Below, piece after piece: positions 25,527-27,633 of a stretch of DNA of 27,633 nucleotides. The notes below the pieces were generated by a model, which ran no database searches, had not been told where the DNA came from, and worked only from the letters and a program-made list of their open reading frames with translations. This DNA comes from a virus (taxonomy: Duplodnaviria; Caudoviricetes), in the IMG/VR virus record IMGVR_UViG_3300047384_000133, positions 1 to 27,633 of that record. One strand, written 5' to 3'. Position 1 is the first letter of the stretch; each line of letters opens with the position of its first letter. A program made the position numbers and the translations under genes.

Positions 25527-25967
25527 TCAACACCTACAAAATTTAATTATTTCTTGGTCTATCTTGGGCGATAGTTCGTTTAATATGTTGATACCGCCTT
25601 GATACCTAGTAAAAAATTCACACGACCAACCGTCAGATTTAAAAGAATAATCATCAGATGGTTTGCCAATTGCGTTTTCAATCACGCCTATGACATTTAG
25701 TGCGAGTCCTTCATACTCTTGATCTAGATTATTAAAGTCTAATCCGAACATGCACCAATCATTTATGTCCTCTGGGTATTCGTTAACCCATTCATACTGC
25801 GGATTAAGTTCATCATCAAGTTTTGGTTCAAATAAATCTGCTTGATTTATCAGCCAGATTAAGTCCTCATGGTCTGTTTTATAGCCAAAGTGAATACACC
25901 CCCCTCCACTATGGAAGGGGAATAGCTTTTCATTTTTGCTTAGTAATTGTTTGCTAGTGTCTTTCAT
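25527..25967 (-). CDS. Acidic hypothetical protein
   Basis: Start moved to MKDTSK (TAATG overlap, GGAG RBS); HSGGGC motif. Confidence 0.65.
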   Translation of the reverse strand: MKDTSKQLLSKNEKLFPFHSGGGCIHFGYKTDHEDLIWLINQADLFEPKLDDELNPQYEWVNEYPEDINDWCMFGLDFNNLDQEYEGLALNVIGVIENAIGKPSDDYSFKSDGWSCEFFTRYQGGINILNELSPKIDQEIIKFCRC

Positions 25968-26149
25968 TATCCTAACTCCTCGTCCCATTCAAATTCCCAA
26001 CCAAGTTTAAGACATAACTTTTTATAAGTTTCTCTGCCACTTGTAGTCATTGATTGATAATCCCAACCGAGATCGTCAACCAAATTTGCGATTATTTGGT
26101 ACTGTTTAACTCCTATCTTTGAGATAAGTTCTTTTCTATTATCTTTCAT
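25967..26149 (-). CDS. Hypothetical protein
   Basis: 60 aa; GAGGAGG RBS; TAATG overlaps. Confidence 0.7.
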   Translation of the reverse strand: MKDNRKELISKIGVKQYQIIANLVDDLGWDYQSMTTSGRETYKKLCLKLGWEFEWDEELG

Positions 26150-26475
26150 TAGGCGACCTCCTCAAGTTCGTTTAAATAATCTGCTATGATTTCTTCGCCT
26201 ATGATATAAGCGTACATATTCACAACTTTTTCTGGTTCAGATAAATCAGTATAAACTTCTCCGAAGTTATCTTGCTCATAATCTTTAATAAAATTAATTA
26301 CATCAAAAGCCATATCACCTAGCCATTGTTTAGCTTGATAAGTGCCTATAATGTAATAGTCAGTATTAAAAGCGTGATGGTGGATATCATCTTTGTTTTC
26401 TTCTATCCATTCAACATCTTGGTCGTTGATAAAATCATCAAAGTATTCTTTGATTTCTTCTTTTTTATAATCCAT
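26149..26475 (-). CDS. Ocr-like acidic antirestriction / DNA-mimic candidate
   Basis: 108 aa, 29 D/E vs 7 K and 0 R; DDIHHHAFNTDYY segment and acidic end recall T7 Ocr; AAGGAG RBS; near the head of an early operon. Confidence 0.55.
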   Translation of the reverse strand: MDYKKEEIKEYFDDFINDQDVEWIEENKDDIHHHAFNTDYYIIGTYQAKQWLGDMAFDVINFIKDYEQDNFGEVYTDLSEPEKVVNMYAYIIGEEIIADYLNELEEVA

Positions 26476-26593
26476 TGTTATTCTCCTTCTTAGTTAAAAT
26501 ATTCAAAGGGTCGAAAGTAAGAATAAAATTCATAGCCTTTTTAGTATTTTTAATAGACTGTAACTCTTTGAGTTTCTTTTCATTTATTTTCAT
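26465..26593 (-). CDS. Small basic protein, 42 aa (not in ORF track)
   Basis: MKINEKKLKELQSIKNTKKAMNFILTFDPLNILTKKENNNGL; AAGGAG RBS; first ORF after the promoter. Confidence 0.6.
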   Translation of the reverse strand: MKINEKKLKELQSIKNTKKAMNFILTFDPLNILTKKENNNGL

Positions 26594-26620
26594 TGTTTTT
26601 CTCCTTGAAAATGGTTAATT

Positions 26621-26649
26621 AATATAAGAATTATTACATATTTTTACAA
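26621..26649 (-). promoter_or_regulatory. Sigma70-like early promoter
   Basis: TTGTAA-N17-TATATT on the minus strand with AT-rich upstream DNA. Confidence 0.6.
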
Positions 26650-26788
26650 TATGTGCATGACTATTTACATAAAATGACATATATATTTTAGATAATAAAA
26701 GTTAATAAACTTTTTCGCATTCAATTGATATAGATTAATAAACACGATTTCGACCCCCTCGCACACATAATCAAAATGTTTTCAGTTT

Positions 26789-26886
26789 GATCTAGTGCGA
26801 TCTGCGGTTTATGAAATAAAAAAAAATCCGATCTGCGATTTCCAGATCCGAAAATTTCGCCAGATCAATTTGCGATTTGCGATTTA
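26789..26886. repeat. Cluster of short GATYT/TGCGA repeats (five GATC in 78 bp)
   Basis: CGATCTGCG x2, CCAGATC x2, TTTGCGATTT x2; GATC at 26789, 26799, 26830, 26845, 26863. Confidence 0.55.
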
Positions 26887-26893
26887 TGTATAT

Positions 26894-26930
26894 AAAAAAA
26901 AAGAAACCCCAAGATCCGAAGATCTTGAGG
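26894..26930 (-). terminator. Rho-independent terminator with cUUCGg tetraloop
   Basis: CCTCAAGATC-TTCG-GATCTTGGGG followed by TTTCTTTTTTTTT. Confidence 0.85.
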
Positions 26931-26977
26931 CACCATTAGGAGAACAAATTTGTCGAGAGAGTTCGACAAGTGCGAGT
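26894..26977 (-). ncRNA. Candidate trans-acting small RNA with anti-SD seed (~84 nt)
   Basis: TATAAT (26988-26983), then hairpin TTGTCGA-ACTCTC-TCGACAA, unpaired ATTTGTTCTCCTAATGGT, then an intrinsic terminator; seed complementary to the RBS at 16048-16069. Confidence 0.65.
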
Positions 26978-27057
26978 TTAACATTATAAATGTGCGAATT
27001 GCTACTATTTAAATCTTCCGGGAGAGTTCCCGGGCCTGCGTTTTTTCATCTGGCTAC

Positions 27058-27094
27058 AAAAAAAAGAAGGCCCACTAGAAAAACTAGTGGACCT
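27058..27094 (-). terminator. Rho-independent terminator
   Basis: AGGTCCACTAG-TTTTT-CTAGTGGGCCT followed by TCTTTTTTTT, downstream of 27153..27470. Confidence 0.85.
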
Positions 27095-27103
27095 AGGGGG
27101 GAT

Positions 27104-27141
27104 GTGCGACCAAGTTTGTATTAGGGAGAGCTTGGTCGCAC
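27104..27141 (-). other. 3'-UTR stem-loop with C/U-rich anti-SD-like loop
   Basis: GTGCGACCAAG-CTCTCCCTAATACAAA-CTTGGTCGCAC (11-bp perfect stem). Confidence 0.65.
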
Positions 27142-27152
27142 GGTTTTGGAAA

Positions 27153-27470
27153 TCAGCCATTCTTCCAAGACAACTCTTTGAAGTCGTAGCCACCTAAAAC
27201 ATCAGAAACCAAGAAGCCCCATTCCATGTGGTACAAAGTACCATCATGGTCATCATCGAATTCGCCATATTTCTCTTGGTCTGACCAATAGCCACCATAG
27301 ACACCGCCATCCAATTCTTTTTTATCTAAGAAGAATGAATAGTCCATGAACCCGGAACTATTGATGTGAGCGTACATTTCAAAGGTTCCTTCTGCGAGTT
27401 CCAGTTTGAAACTGTAAGGACTTGCGTCCTCCTCTGTTCTGTCTAAGTACGCGTCATCCATAGTTCTCAT
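27153..27470 (-). CDS. Acidic hypothetical protein
   Basis: 105 aa, D/E and aromatic rich; GGGGAG RBS; ATGA overlap. Confidence 0.7.
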   Translation of the reverse strand: MRTMDDAYLDRTEEDASPYSFKLELAEGTFEMYAHINSSGFMDYSFFLDKKELDGGVYGGYWSDQEKYGEFDDDHDGTLYHMEWGFLVSDVLGGYDFKELSWKNG

Positions 27471-27619
27471 TTGTACTCCCCTGATCTTTCAAATTTATCT
27501 TCGCCGACTTGAATAACAAAGCCGACCTCTAATGCTTTCTCTAGTAGTTGGTCCTGGTCTAGTTCAAAACAAAAACTAGGTGCTTGTTCCAACCATAAAG
27601 ATTTTTTTGTATATATCAT
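27467..27619 (-). CDS. Hypothetical protein, 50 aa (not in ORF track)
   Basis: MIYTKKSLWLEQAPSFCFELDQDQLLEKALEVGFVIQVGEDKFERSGEYK; AGGAGG RBS. Confidence 0.7.
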   Translation of the reverse strand: MIYTKKSLWLEQAPSFCFELDQDQLLEKALEVGFVIQVGEDKFERSGEYK

Positions 27620-27633
27620 AATTCCTCCTAATG

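Larger units (their letters stand above)
1..27633. mobile_element. Tailed dsDNA bacteriophage genome segment (podovirus-like)
   Basis: Whole window is densely packed phage-type genes (virion/ejection, lysis, primase-helicase, small terminase, small early genes); no housekeeping genes, integrase or att site seen. Confidence 0.95.

Noticed and set aside
26950-27012. 20-codon TTG-start + strand ORF behind AGGAG
   Set aside because: No + strand promoter seen, and the start is buried in a hairpin, while the -10 and terminator face the minus strand; kept only as an alternative to the sRNA model
26894-27141. tRNA or tmRNA in the hairpin-rich region
   Set aside because: No cloverleaf or T-loop consensus; the hairpins are explained by terminators and sRNA-like stems
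26795-27193. ORFs 26795-26989 (+) and 27005-27193 (-)
   Set aside because: They cross terminators, hairpins and repeats; better explained as non-coding
23912-27400. 13-bp repeat CCTTCTGCGAGTT at 23912 and 27388
   Set aside because: Both copies encode LAEG within genes; could be chance, and no recombinase is present

Overview
AT-rich tailed dsDNA phage genome fragment with podovirus-like architecture, resembling marine proteobacterial podoviruses (inference only). No host genes, tRNAs, CRISPR array or integrase are visible. (1) 1-11.3 kb, + strand: virion module with a 5'-truncated tail/DNA-stabilisation protein, an embedded M15A endolysin and 3-TM holin, a GNAT, and four probable internal virion/ejection proteins, one carrying a C-terminal S74 chaperone. 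(2) 11.3-12.7 kb: RHH regulator, DUF1064 and HNH-like nucleases, small proteins. (3) 12.8-18.3 kb, - strand: recombination/replication operon (AAA_24 ATPase, DUF669, SF2 helicase, Cas4-like nuclease). (4) 18.4-22.8 kb, + strand: Cro-like protein, primase-helicase, C5-MTase and PAPS-reductase-family protein, then an iteron-like array with an IHF site and the small terminase. (5) 23.9-27.6 kb, - strand: early-type cluster of small acidic proteins, including an Ocr-like candidate. Eleven short ORFs absent from the ORF track are added. The most notable signal is a candidate ~84-nt sRNA (26894-26977, -) with its own -10 and UUCG terminator. Its anti-Shine-Dalgarno seed is complementary over 21 nt (two 1-nt bulges) to a ribosome-binding site 11 kb away (16048-16069). 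Four genes look leaderless, and every CCGG I found lies inside CCSGG, which suggests a specificity for the MTase. All calls come from motif recognition and manual reading, with no database searches.
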